This document shows, in pieces, positions 26,088 to 34,348 of a stretch of 34,348 nucleotides of DNA. This DNA comes from an uncultured Staphylococcaceae bacterium (GTDB lineage Bacteria > Bacillota_I > Bacilli_A > RFN20 > CAG-826): NCBI GenBank assembly GCA_964635805.1, contig CAZWRR010000001.1, positions 1 to 34,348 of the forward strand, read 5' to 3'. The translations under genes were made by a program, and so were the position numbers. Positions within the stretch are counted from its first letter, which is position 1. Each line of letters begins with the position of its first letter. Under the pieces are notes generated by a model. That model saw only the letters and a list, made by a program, of their open reading frames with translations. It made no database searches and was not told the origin of the DNA.

Positions 26088-28637
26088 ATGAGTGAAGATA
26101 ATAAAAAAGATTTAATTAACGAAGAAGAAACAACTGAAGATACACATGAGTTTGAAGGAATTCAAACAGGTGTGCACGATATCGACGTTGTTGAAGAAGT
26201 AAAACGGTCATTTTTAGATTACGCAATGTCCGTTATCGTTGCCCGTGCTATTCCGGATGTGCGTGATGGGTTTAAACCAGTTCACCGCCGTATTGTTTAC
26301 GGGATGAGTGAGGCGGGGATGACGCCTGATAAACCGCACAAAAAAAGTGCGCGGATTGTTGGTGACGTCATGGGTAAATACCACCCGCACGGTGACGCTG
26401 CAATTTACTCGACACTTGTGCGCATGGCGCAACCATTTAGTTTGCGTTATACATTAGTTGATGGTCACGGTAACTTTGGTAGTGTTGACGGTGACGAAGC
26501 TGCAGCGATGCGTTATACGGAAGCACGCATGACACGTTTATCGACGGAAATGGTCCGTGATATTAACTTGAACACAATTGATTTTGTCGACAACTACGAC
26601 GGCAGCGAAAAAGAACCAGCGGTTTTGCCTGCACGCTTCCCAAACTTAATTGTCAACGGTAGCAGCGGGATTGCGGTGGGGATGGCCACGAACATGCTTC
26701 CACATAACTTAAACGAAACAATCGATGCACTTAACTTAATTGCGAAAGAACCCGACGTTACACCACGCGAAATTATGGAGCGGGTGATGCCGGGCCCCGA
26801 CTTTCCAACGGGCGCGACAATTTTAGGTCGTAAAGGTATTCTTGCCGCGTTTGAAACCGGGGAAGGTAATGTTGTTGTTCGCGCAAAAACACACTTTGAA
26901 GAACGACGCGATCGTACATGGTTAGTTATCGATGAATTGCCATATCAAGTGAATAAAGCCCGATTAATCGAACAAATTGCCGGTTTGGTGCGTGATAAGG
27001 CGATTGAAGGTATTAGTGATATTCGGGACGAATCAAACAAAGAAGGAATTCGTGTTGTCATTGAAATAAAACGCGACCATGTCCCGGAAATTGTTTTAAA
27101 CAACTTACTCAAACAAACAAGAATGCAAACAAGTTACGGCATTATTAACTTATGTTTAGTTGATAACGCACCGAAAATTCTTAATATGAAAGAATTGCTT
27201 GTGCATTACTTAAATTTCCAAGTTGAAATTATTCGCCGACGGACGGAGCATCAACTCGCAGTCGCCAAAGCACGTGATCACGTTGTCGAAGGTTTGCTAC
27301 GCGCAATTGATAACATTGATGAAATTGTAAACATTATTAAAACAAGTGAATCAACCGAAGTTGCAACGAATCGTCTCATGGAGCGCTTTGCGTTTTCCGA
27401 AATTCAAACACGTGAAGTTTTAAGTATGACGTTACGGCGTTTGACAGGTTTGGAAAAAGGCAAACTTGAAAAAGAACGTGAAGACTTAAAAGTTAGTATT
27501 GAAAAATATGAAACGATTTTATCATCACGCGACAATATGGTTGAAGTAGTTCTTAGCGAACTTGCCGAAATAAGAGCAAAGTATGGCGACGAACGAAAAA
27601 CGGACATTAGTGATGATTATGGTGATATTGATAACGAAGACTTAATCCCCCAAGAAGACATTGTTGTCCTTCTTACAAGTGAAGGTTATGTAAAACGTGT
27701 AAGTCCGGATGATTTCCGCATGATTCGTCGGGGCGGTGTTGGTGTAAAAGGGATGAAAACGAAAGAAAGTGATGTCGTTGATCTTATCGTCCACACGAAC
27801 ACACATACAGATATATTGTTTTTCACCGATAAAGGTAAAGTATATCGTAAGCGCGGTTATCAAATACCGTCGCATCGGCGTGATGCACGCGGCACACCAA
27901 TTATTAATTTAATTAGTATTGAACGTGAAGAAAAAGTGCGATCAATTTTAAGTCTTAATGAATATGATGAAGAACACTTCCTCTTTTACGTTACACGTAA
28001 CGGTGTCGTAAAACGTACTGCTCTTACGCATTTTGAACGGATTAATCAAAATGGGAAAATTGCAATTGACTTACGCGAAGGCGATTCGCTCGTCGATGTA
28101 AAAGTGACTGATGGTACGGCATTTATCGGTATTGGCGCGACGAACGGTAAAATGGTTCGCTTTGATGAAAATGATGTTCGCTCCATGGGGCGCACGGCTG
28201 CGGGGGTCCGCGGTATTTGGCTCGACGAAGGAGATCACGTTGTCGGTGTTGCGACTTCACTTGAAGGAAATATGATTTTTGCCCTTACGACGAAGGGATA
28301 CGGCAAGATTAGTGATGCGCAAAGTTACCGGCTCACAAAACGCGGCTCAAAAGGTGTTATTACCGTTAAAGCAAACGAGAAAAACGGGGTTTTAGCGGGT
28401 ATTTGTGCAATACAGGGTGACGAAGATTTATTTGTTACAACGAACTCAGGCATGGTTATCCGTACGAGCTTAGCGCAAATTAATGAAACTGGACGCAATA
28501 CAATGGGCGTCCGTGTAATTAGATTACGTGAACGTGATGTTGTCGCATCGTTTGCGGTTGTCGAAAGAAGCGATGACGCCGAAGTTGTTGATGAGGAAGA
28601 ATTTGAAAACGTTGTTAGCGAAACAGACAACGAATAA
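26088..28637 (+). CDS. gyrA: DNA gyrase subunit A
   Basis: The motifs [10 protein letters not shown], the QRDR region [17 protein letters not shown] and the catalytic AAMRYTE are present. It has a C-terminal beta-pinwheel and an acidic tail. It is 849 aa. Confidence 0.97.
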   Translation: MSEDNKKDLINEEETTEDTHEFEGIQTGVHDIDVVEEVKRSFLDYAMSVIVARAIPDVRDGFKPVHRRIVYGMSEAGMTPDKPHKKSARIVGDVMGKYHPHGDAAIYSTLVRMAQPFSLRYTLVDGHGNFGSVDGDEAAAMRYTEARMTRLSTEMVRDINLNTIDFVDNYDGSEKEPAVLPARFPNLIVNGSSGIAVGMATNMLPHNLNETIDALNLIAKEPDVTPREIMERVMPGPDFPTGATILGRKGILAAFETGEGNVVVRAKTHFEERRDRTWLVIDELPYQVNKARLIEQIAGLVRDKAIEGISDIRDESNKEGIRVVIEIKRDHVPEIVLNNLLKQTRMQTSYGIINLCLVDNAPKILNMKELLVHYLNFQVEIIRRRTEHQLAVAKARDHVVEGLLRAIDNIDEIVNIIKTSESTEVATNRLMERFAFSEIQTREVLSMTLRRLTGLEKGKLEKEREDLKVSIEKYETILSSRDNMVEVVLSELAEIRAKYGDERKTDISDDYGDIDNEDLIPQEDIVVLLTSEGYVKRVSPDDFRMIRRGGVGVKGMKTKESDVVDLIVHTNTHTDILFFTDKGKVYRKRGYQIPSHRRDARGTPIINLISIEREEKVRSILSLNEYDEEHFLFYVTRNGVVKRTALTHFERINQNGKIAIDLREGDSLVDVKVTDGTAFIGIGATNGKMVRFDENDVRSMGRTAAGVRGIWLDEGDHVVGVATSLEGNMIFALTTKGYGKISDAQSYRLTKRGSKGVITVKANEKNGVLAGICAIQGDEDLFVTTNSGMVIRTSLAQINETGRNTMGVRVIRLRERDVVASFAVVERSDDAEVVDEEEFENVVSETDNE

Positions 28638-28642
28638 AAACA

Positions 28643-29647
28643 ATGAAAATTTTAATTCATTTTAACGTTCATAAACAAACCAAAACATTTGAAGCTGCGC
28701 AGCTAAAGCGACATATTATTGCCGCGTGCGAGAAAACGAACGTCGAAGTTGTAGAAAAACACGAAAAAAACGTTAGCATTGCAAATTTTATCGACTTACG
28801 ACAGAAATCGACAAGCTTAATTAGGTATTATGCAATGCGTGGTGTTCCCACTTTGTTGTGGATGTTTTACGCCAGCACTGATGCCGATGCGGAAATTGTC
28901 CGGCGCAACAAACATGGCGAAAGATATATTCCCAAACACAAACTTGCAACGATTAACATGATGGATGCAATTATTGTACCGAGCCAAGAAGCGAAATTGT
29001 ATTTGCGAAAGCTTAAAGTTAGAATCCCCGTCTTTACGATTAGAAACGGGGTGCGTCCTGACTTTTATGCCCAATTAGAGAAACTTGGAAAAGAACCATT
29101 TGTGCGATATTTCCGTGCAAATGACGAGCAAAAGTATGTTATTTCAGTAATTAACATTCGTGAACGTAACGAGAAAATCCCAATTTTAAACAAACTTGCC
29201 AAAGCAGTGCCTTCACATAACTTTTATGTCTTTGTAAGTGCGCGCAAAACGCTTATTAGTAAGTTACGATTGCGCGGCCTTGATAAATTCACAGCTAAAA
29301 ACTTAATTGTGTCGCCAATTGTTCGTGAAGACGTTTATCGTTCTGGGCTCTATGGTGCAAGTTTTTTCTTTGGGTTTAGCAATATAAAACTTGGGATGAT
29401 GTCACTCGTTGAAATAATTGCCGCCAAAACGGCAATAATTATTAATAAAAATGCAGTGTTTGGTGACGTGCTTAACAAAGAAAATGCTTTTATAATTGGA
29501 AACCCTAATGAAGTTCCAAGTATATTAACGCAAAACACTGATTCTTTGGCAAAAGTAAATAAGGCGACGGAGTATACAACAAAGTACAATCAAGTAACGT
29601 TCGCCCAAGAAGTGTGTGATTTGTTTAAGAAAATTTATCATCATTAA
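28643..29647 (+). CDS. GT-B fold, family-4-like glycosyltransferase homologue (hypothetical; divergent)
   Basis: The pattern is colinear with GT4 enzymes: MKILIHF, DAIIVPSQEAKLYL, IPVFTIRNGVRPDFY and a C-terminal block GFSNIKLGMMSLVEIIAAKTAIIINKNAVFGDVLNKENAFIIGNPNEV. The usual N-terminal Gly-rich loop and the second Glu of the EX7E motif are absent. It starts 5 nt after the gyrA stop with no SD. Confidence 0.45.
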   Translation: MKILIHFNVHKQTKTFEAAQLKRHIIAACEKTNVEVVEKHEKNVSIANFIDLRQKSTSLIRYYAMRGVPTLLWMFYASTDADAEIVRRNKHGERYIPKHKLATINMMDAIIVPSQEAKLYLRKLKVRIPVFTIRNGVRPDFYAQLEKLGKEPFVRYFRANDEQKYVISVINIRERNEKIPILNKLAKAVPSHNFYVFVSARKTLISKLRLRGLDKFTAKNLIVSPIVREDVYRSGLYGASFFFGFSNIKLGMMSLVEIIAAKTAIIINKNAVFGDVLNKENAFIIGNPNEVPSILTQNTDSLAKVNKATEYTTKYNQVTFAQEVCDLFKKIYHH

Positions 29648-29684
29648 ACGAAGTTTTAATGAAATAAGTTAAAATAAATATGTT

Positions 29685-29890
29685 CAATGACGAGACAAGT
29701 AGTAAAATTTGTACGTTAAGTGAGTTATTGCTAGTGCGAAGATAGCCGTTACAAAGTTACGAAATCCACCTCCGAGAACGAACGTAATTGTTCCGTTTGT
29801 TTGCGTTAAAAACAGCAATAAGGTGTGCAAAAAGCACATAAAATTAGGTGGCACCACGTATTAAACGTCCTAAGTAGGGCGTTTTATTTT
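29685..29890 (+). promoter_or_regulatory. T-box riboswitch leader of serS with intrinsic terminator
   Basis: - Stem I elements: AUGACGAG..AGUAGUA (GA/K-turn-like) and an AGUGCGAA distal-loop-like motif at 29733..29740.
- Candidate specifier: UCC followed by A at 29765..29768.
- T-box sequence: aaattaggtggcaccacg at 29841..29858.
- Terminator: aacgtcct-aagt-agggcgtt (29864..29883) followed by ttatttt. Confidence 0.85.
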
Positions 29891-29909
29891 ATAAAAAAGG
29901 AGAATTATT

Positions 29910-31190
29910 ATGCTTGAATTAAACTTAATTAGAGAAAATCCGGAACTTGTAAAAAAGGCGTTAGCAAAAAAGGGGTGGGAATTTGATAGTAAACAGCTTT
30001 TAGCATTAGATGCAAAGCGCCGTCTTATACGTACAGAGGTTGAAAACACGAAGGCAAAAATTAATGAATTAAGCGCAAAAGTACCGGCGTGGAAAAAAGC
30101 GGGAAAAGATGTGACGGAGCTTTTTGCGACAGTAAAGAAATTAAAAAGTGAAAATGTTGAAAACGAGACAACGCTTGCTAAACTTGACGAAGAAGTTAAC
30201 ACAATTTTAATTGAATTACCAAACATGCCTGATGAAGATTTAAAACCAGGCGGCAAAGAAAATAATGAAGTTATATTTACGTTCGGAGAAAAACGTGAAT
30301 TTACGTTTAAACCAAAAGATCATGTTGAACTCGCAGAATCACTCCAGTTAATTGATTATAAACGTGCTGCTAAGATTTCGGGATCAGGAACATGGATTTA
30401 TGAAGGACTTGGCGCGGAATTAGAATGGGCCCTTTTAAACTATTTTGTAAGTGAACATTTAGGTAAAAAATACAAAATGATGCTCCCACCCCATATTTTA
30501 AACGAAGAAAGCGGCTTTACTGCCGGTCAATTTCCGAAATTTCGTGAAGATGTGTTTTGGTTAGAAGGAACGGAACCAAAGAAATTCCTATTGCCAACGT
30601 CTGAAACAGCACTTGTTAATTTACATCGTAACGAAATAATCGCCGAAAAGGATTTACCACTTAAATATTTTGCATACACGCCGTGTTACCGTAAAGAAGC
30701 AGGAAGTTACGGCACGGAAGAACGTGGAATGATTCGTGGGTATCAATTTAACAAAGTTGAAATATTCCAATTTGCCAAACCACATGAATCGAGCGACGTA
30801 TTTACAGAGATGGTTGCACATGTGCAGTCGCTTGTAGAAAAATTGGGGCTCCACTTCCAAATATCAAAACTTGCAGCTGGCGATTGTTCGCACTCAATGG
30901 CTCGTACATATGACGTTGAAGTTTACATTCCGTCAATGGGTATTTATAAAGAAGTTAGCAGCGTTAGTAATGCGCGTGACTACCAAGCGCGCCGCGGAAT
31001 GGTGCGTTACCGGGAAGAAGAAAGCGGCGCCGTTAAATACATTCATACACTTAACGGATCAGGCTTAGCCACATCACGGTTAATTCCGGCCATTTTAGAA
31101 CAATTTCAACAAGAAGATGGCAGTGTTGTTGTACCAGAGGTGCTTCGCCCGTATTTAGGTGGACGCGAAAAACTCGAAATAATTCGTTAA
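29910..31190 (+). CDS. serS: seryl-tRNA synthetase
   Basis: The N-terminal coiled-coil arm starts MLELNLIRENPELV. The class II motifs are YTPCYRKEAGSYG (motif 2) and TLNGSGLATSRLIPAILEQ (motif 3). It is 426 aa. Confidence 0.95.
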   Translation: MLELNLIRENPELVKKALAKKGWEFDSKQLLALDAKRRLIRTEVENTKAKINELSAKVPAWKKAGKDVTELFATVKKLKSENVENETTLAKLDEEVNTILIELPNMPDEDLKPGGKENNEVIFTFGEKREFTFKPKDHVELAESLQLIDYKRAAKISGSGTWIYEGLGAELEWALLNYFVSEHLGKKYKMMLPPHILNEESGFTAGQFPKFREDVFWLEGTEPKKFLLPTSETALVNLHRNEIIAEKDLPLKYFAYTPCYRKEAGSYGTEERGMIRGYQFNKVEIFQFAKPHESSDVFTEMVAHVQSLVEKLGLHFQISKLAAGDCSHSMARTYDVEVYIPSMGIYKEVSSVSNARDYQARRGMVRYREEESGAVKYIHTLNGSGLATSRLIPAILEQFQQEDGSVVVPEVLRPYLGGREKLEIIR

Positions 31191-31196
31191 TTATTA

Positions 31197-31202
31197 TATA
31201 AT
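31197..31202 (+). promoter_or_regulatory. -10 box (TATAAT) of the SRP RNA gene
   Basis: A perfect TATAAT lies 6 nt upstream of the G at 31209, where the terminal helix of the RNA begins. The -35-like tcgaaa lies at 31174..31179 (17-nt spacer). Confidence 0.45.
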
Positions 31203-31208
31203 AATAAT

Positions 31209-31288
31209 GCCATCGCAATGATTACAATTCGAACCAGGTCAGGACGGGAACGGAGCAGCCTTAAGATGCGTGTCATGTGCGGTGGTTT
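31209..31288 (+). ncRNA. ffs: small (4.5S-type) signal recognition particle RNA
   Basis: CCAGGUCAGGACGGGAACGGAGCAGCC closely matches the universally conserved domain IV (E. coli 4.5S CCAGGUCAGGUCCGGAAGGAAGCAGCC), including the GGAA tetraloop. The terminal helix pairs gccatcgca (31209..31217) with tgcggtggt (31278..31286). The ends are approximate to within a few nt. Confidence 0.8.
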
Positions 31289-31303
31289 ATTACTTTAAAG
31301 ACG

Positions 31304-31774
31304 ATGAAGCAACATGAAATATATATGAAGGCAGCGCTTGATTTAGCAATAAAGGCGCAAAAAGCTGACGAAGTTCCTGTGGGAGCGGTTATTGTTTGTG
31401 ATGGTAAAATCGTTGCAAAAGCGTATAACAAACGTGAAAAAAACAACGATCCATTAGGCCACGCCGAGTTAAAAGTAATAAAAAAAGCAAGTAAAAAACT
31501 TAAATCATGGCGTTTAGTTGATTGTGATTTATATGTCACGCTTGAACCGTGTGCAATGTGTGCTGGCGCGATTAGTTGGAGTCGTATTCGCACTGTTATT
31601 TATGCCGCGGACGATAAAAAAGGCGGTGCTTTAGGTGGTGCCTTTGATATGTATGCGCAAAAAGGTTTAAACCATAAACCGAAAATAATAAGCGGTATTC
31701 TCCAACACGAAGCAAGTGCAATGCTAACAAATTTCTTCAAAGCAAAACGCGAATTAAAACAAGGCGAAAGTTGA
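31304..31774 (+). CDS. tadA: tRNA-specific adenosine-34 deaminase
   Basis: The CDA zinc motifs HAELKVI and TLEPCAMCAGAI are present. The start is set at the ATG at 31304 (MKQHEIYMKAALDLA) because the GTG at 31277 in the ORF track falls inside the SRP RNA. Confidence 0.9.
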   Translation: MKQHEIYMKAALDLAIKAQKADEVPVGAVIVCDGKIVAKAYNKREKNNDPLGHAELKVIKKASKKLKSWRLVDCDLYVTLEPCAMCAGAISWSRIRTVIYAADDKKGGALGGAFDMYAQKGLNHKPKIISGILQHEASAMLTNFFKAKRELKQGES

Positions 31775-31782
31775 GGATAAGT

Positions 31783-34348
31783 ATGTTACGATTACTAAAC
31801 ATTCATAAGGATTATTACATTAACAAAAAACCACTTCACGTCTTAAAATGCATTGATTTAAACTTTCCTAAACAGCAATACGTAACAATTCTTGGCCCTT
31901 CAGGCTGTGGGAAAACAACATTATTAAATTTAATCGGTGGACTCGATCAATATACAAGTGGTGATTTAATAATTGACGGCAAAAGTACGAAAGAGTTTAA
32001 AGATGCGGATTGGGATGCTTATCGTAACCACCGAGTTGGTTTTGTTTTTCAAAGCTATAACTTAATTGCACATCTTAACGTTTTAGAAAACGTTGAAATT
32101 TCATTAACACTGACGGGAATTAGTGCAAAGGAACGTCGTCAAAAAGCGATTTCCGCGCTTGTTGATGTTGGCTTAGAAGCAGAAATGTACAAAAAGTCAA
32201 ATCAACTTTCGGGTGGGCAAATGCAGCGTGTCGCAATTGCTCGGGCAATGGTTAATGATCCAAGCATTATTTTAGCCGATGAACCAACAGGGGCGCTCGA
32301 TACAAAAACAAGTAGTCAAGTACTCGATATTTTAAAAGAAGTAAGTAAAACACGACTTGTTATTATGGTGTCACATAATGAACAGCTTGCAAAAAAATAT
32401 AGTGATCGCATTGTCCGGATGGTTGATGGGAAAATTACGAGTGACTCGCAACCCGACACTGTTGATAAAAGCGCTGTAAGTGAAAAGGCAAAAGAAAAAC
32501 GGACAGCAATGTCATTTTTTACGGCATTACGGAGTAGCTATAAAAATATTCTTACGAAAAAAGGGCGGACGTTTCTTACTGCACTTGCGGGTTCACTTGG
32601 TATTATCGGCATAGGCTTAGTATTAGCGGTGAGCAGTGGCTTGCAAAATTATATTGACCGAATGGAGCAAGAAACAATGGCGTCATATCCACTAGCGATA
32701 TTAGCACAGACGCTTAAACTTGATGAAACCGCTGAAGAAACAACACAATATGAAAAATATCCTGATGAAGAAGAAGTTTACGTTTATAATCGTCTTGATC
32801 GTTATACACCCGAATACAACATTATTAATAAACGTGTAGTGGATTTTACTGAACAATTAATCGAAGAAGGATTAGTAAAAAGCACAATTGTTAATTATCC
32901 TAACAAAATACGGGTAATTTATGAAGATCCTAATGGTGATTACAACTACATTGGCGGCACTGATCGCTTAAGTGGTGTCACTCCAATTCCTAGCGGCAAC
33001 TTTACGCAACTGCCGGGCGATGAACAATACATTCTGGAGTTTTATGATTTGTTAGGTGGTGAAAATGCGCGTTTTCCCGAAAACGAAGGTGAGGTCGTGC
33101 TCGCGCTTGATGCTTATAACCGTTTAACACAAAACACAATGATTGATTTAGGGTTTGCGGTTAAAACAAACATGCCGACGGCACCAATTCCGTTTGAAGA
33201 TTTTATTGGTCGTGAATTTAAAGCTATTACAAATAATGAGTTCTTTATTGAAAATAGTAAGCCGGAAAACAAAGTGTTTGATTTAATCTCACAAGAACTT
33301 AAGCAAATTAAAACATTTAGTTATCCAAGTTCGAATACGCTCGGAGAAAAATATAACGATGATTCGGTTGGCATAAAACTCACAATCACCGGAATATTGC
33401 GGCCCAAGCATAATATTAGACTAAATTTAGTAACACCAGGAATTGCTTATACACAAGCATTAAATGAACAACTTAACGAATTAAATAAAAACAACGAAAT
33501 CGGAAAAGCGGCAATTAATAATTTCGTTATGCCACTACCCGAGGAATTAGATCGCGACTCATTAAATCTTTCGAATATGTTTAAGTTTTACTCGGCACGC
33601 GCATCATCAAGTGGACGTTTAAATGAATTAACGCGGACAGAGTTTCTACAAGAAGCACGAAACATGGGTGCACTCTATGAAGATTTAGAAGTGCTTGATG
33701 ATATTAGGAATTTGCTTGATAATAACAACAATATAACGGCAAATGAGCGGGAATTAATTAATGAGATGCTTAAGGAAATGGAACTTTATTTTAGTCCGGC
33801 CGACTCGCTAGGCATTTTCCCGGCAGATGCAGCTAGTAAAAAGCTTATTAAAGAAAGATTTGAAGAGTTTAATGACGACGTTAGTCAAGAAGACGAAAAA
33901 TTCACAATTAAATTATTTGATGCAGTTGAACTTTTCACCGACTCACTTGCGTCGATGGTGGAGATGATTGCGACAGTTTTAATTATCTTTATTAGTGTTT
34001 CTCTTGTTGTTTCAGGGTTTTTAATTGGAATAATTACGTATGTTTCTGTGATTGAACGAACGAAAGAAATTGGTATATTGCGTTCGATTGGTGCGCGTAA
34101 AATAGATATTTCACGCTTGTTTAATGCCGAGACATTCATTATCGGTTTTCTTGCCGGCGCCCTTGGTGTTTTACTAACGTATATATTGTCATTCCCACTT
34201 AACGTGATACTTAACAATAAGTTTCCCGATGAAGCAATTGGGAACCTTGCGTTCTTACCCCCACTTATCGGTTTAATCTTAATAACTTTCAATGTAATAC
34301 TTACCGTAATTGCTGGTTTAATACCAAGTCTTATGGCCGCAAATAAAG
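31783..34348 (+). CDS. fused MacB/FtsX-type ABC transporter (N-terminal ATPase plus permease with large extracytoplasmic domain); 3' end beyond the window
   Basis: I hand-translated an open frame of 855 codons from the ATG at 31783 (SD gagga) to the window edge. Walker A is GPSGCGKTT, the signature is [14 protein letters not shown] and Walker B is [14 protein letters not shown]1 lies around 32575..32640. The FtsX core reads [23 protein letters not shown]. It is missing from the ORF track because no stop lies in the window. Confidence 0.88.
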   Translation, partial: MLRLLNIHKDYYINKKPLHVLKCIDLNFPKQQYVTILGPSGCGKTTLLNLIGGLDQYTSGDLIIDGKSTKEFKDADWDAYRNHRVGFVFQSYNLIAHLNVLENVEISLTLTGISAKERRQKAISALVDVGLEAEMYKKSNQLSGGQMQRVAIARAMVNDPSIILADEPTGALDTKTSSQVLDILKEVSKTRLVIMVSHNEQLAKKYSDRIVRMVDGKITSDSQPDTVDKSAVSEKAKEKRTAMSFFTALRSSYKNILTKKGRTFLTALAGSLGIIGIGLVLAVSSGLQNYIDRMEQETMASYPLAILAQTLKLDETAEETTQYEKYPDEEEVYVYNRLDRYTPEYNIINKRVVDFTEQLIEEGLVKSTIVNYPNKIRVIYEDPNGDYNYIGGTDRLSGVTPIPSGNFTQLPGDEQYILEFYDLLGGENARFPENEGEVVLALDAYNRLTQNTMIDLGFAVKTNMPTAPIPFEDFIGREFKAITNNEFFIENSKPENKVFDLISQELKQIKTFSYPSSNTLGEKYNDDSVGIKLTITGILRPKHNIRLNLVTPGIAYTQALNEQLNELNKNNEIGKAAINNFVMPLPEELDRDSLNLSNMFKFYSARASSSGRLNELTRTEFLQEARNMGALYEDLEVLDDIRNLLDNNNNITANERELINEMLKEMELYFSPADSLGIFPADAASKKLIKERFEEFNDDVSQEDEKFTIKLFDAVELFTDSLASMVEMIATVLIIFISVSLVVSGFLIGIITYVSVIERTKEIGILRSIGARKIDISRLFNAETFIIGFLAGALGVLLTYILSFPLNVILNNKFPDEAIGNLAFLPPLIGLILITFNVILTVIAGLIPSLMAANK

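Noticed and set aside
31277-31303. A GTG-initiated extension of tadA.
   Set aside because: It falls inside the 3' strand of the SRP RNA terminal helix. The ATG at 31304 is the plausible start.
1-34348. The possibility that the organism uses genetic code 4 (TGA = Trp), as many Mollicutes do.
   Set aside because: dnaA, recF, tadA and the S4 protein end at TGA at their expected C-termini. Conserved Trp positions use TGG. No conserved gene is interrupted by in-frame TGA.
1-34348. A search for CRISPR repeats, IS or transposon ends, integrases, phage genes, toxin-antitoxin pairs, restriction-modification or other defence genes.
   Set aside because: Every ORF over 60 aa that is not antisense noise is accounted for by a housekeeping or transport family. 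No spaced direct-repeat array or terminal inverted repeats were seen. The only paralogous pair is the two ABC half-transporters.

Overview
This window is the chromosomal replication-origin neighbourhood of a compact, low-GC genome with Firmicutes/Mollicutes-type gene order. It uses the standard genetic code: TGA ends ORFs at natural C-termini and TGG encodes Trp. The species cannot be named from the sequence alone.

Gene content:
- The centre is rpmH-rnpA-yidC-jag on the minus strand, a DnaA-box cluster (oriC), then dnaA-dnaN-yaaA-recF-gyrB-gyrA on the plus strand.
- Leftward, a long minus-strand housekeeping run follows: mnmE-tatD-rnmV-rsmA-ispE-glmU.
- Further left are ppdK, an FGGY sugar kinase, a TetR regulator with a heterodimeric ABC exporter, and an overlapping DUF368-PAP2-rsuA cluster. 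A truncated pth lies at the left edge.
- Rightward of gyrA are a GT4-like glycosyltransferase gene, a T-box-controlled serS, a small SRP RNA, tadA and a fused MacB/FtsX-type ABC transporter that runs off the right edge.
- pth, rpmH, the SRP RNA and the MacB-type gene are absent from the supplied ORF track. I read them directly from the sequence.

I found no CRISPR array, transposase, integrase, phage gene, toxin-antitoxin pair or recognisable defence system, so I do not claim a convincing new multi-gene system.

The items most worth a second look:
- an unexplained GC/CpG-rich repeat-bearing island in the dnaN 3' UTR beside oriC;
- an overlapping DUF368-PAP2 pair that looks like a lipid-carrier recycling cassette;
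- a GT4-like gene tacked onto the gyrBA operon;
- a recurring extended -10 promoter placed 6-10 nt from SD-less start codons, suggesting leaderless mRNAs;
- the symmetric DnaA-box layout and a candidate unwinding module in the dnaA-dnaN spacer.

All family assignments rest on motifs read from the translations. No database search was possible.
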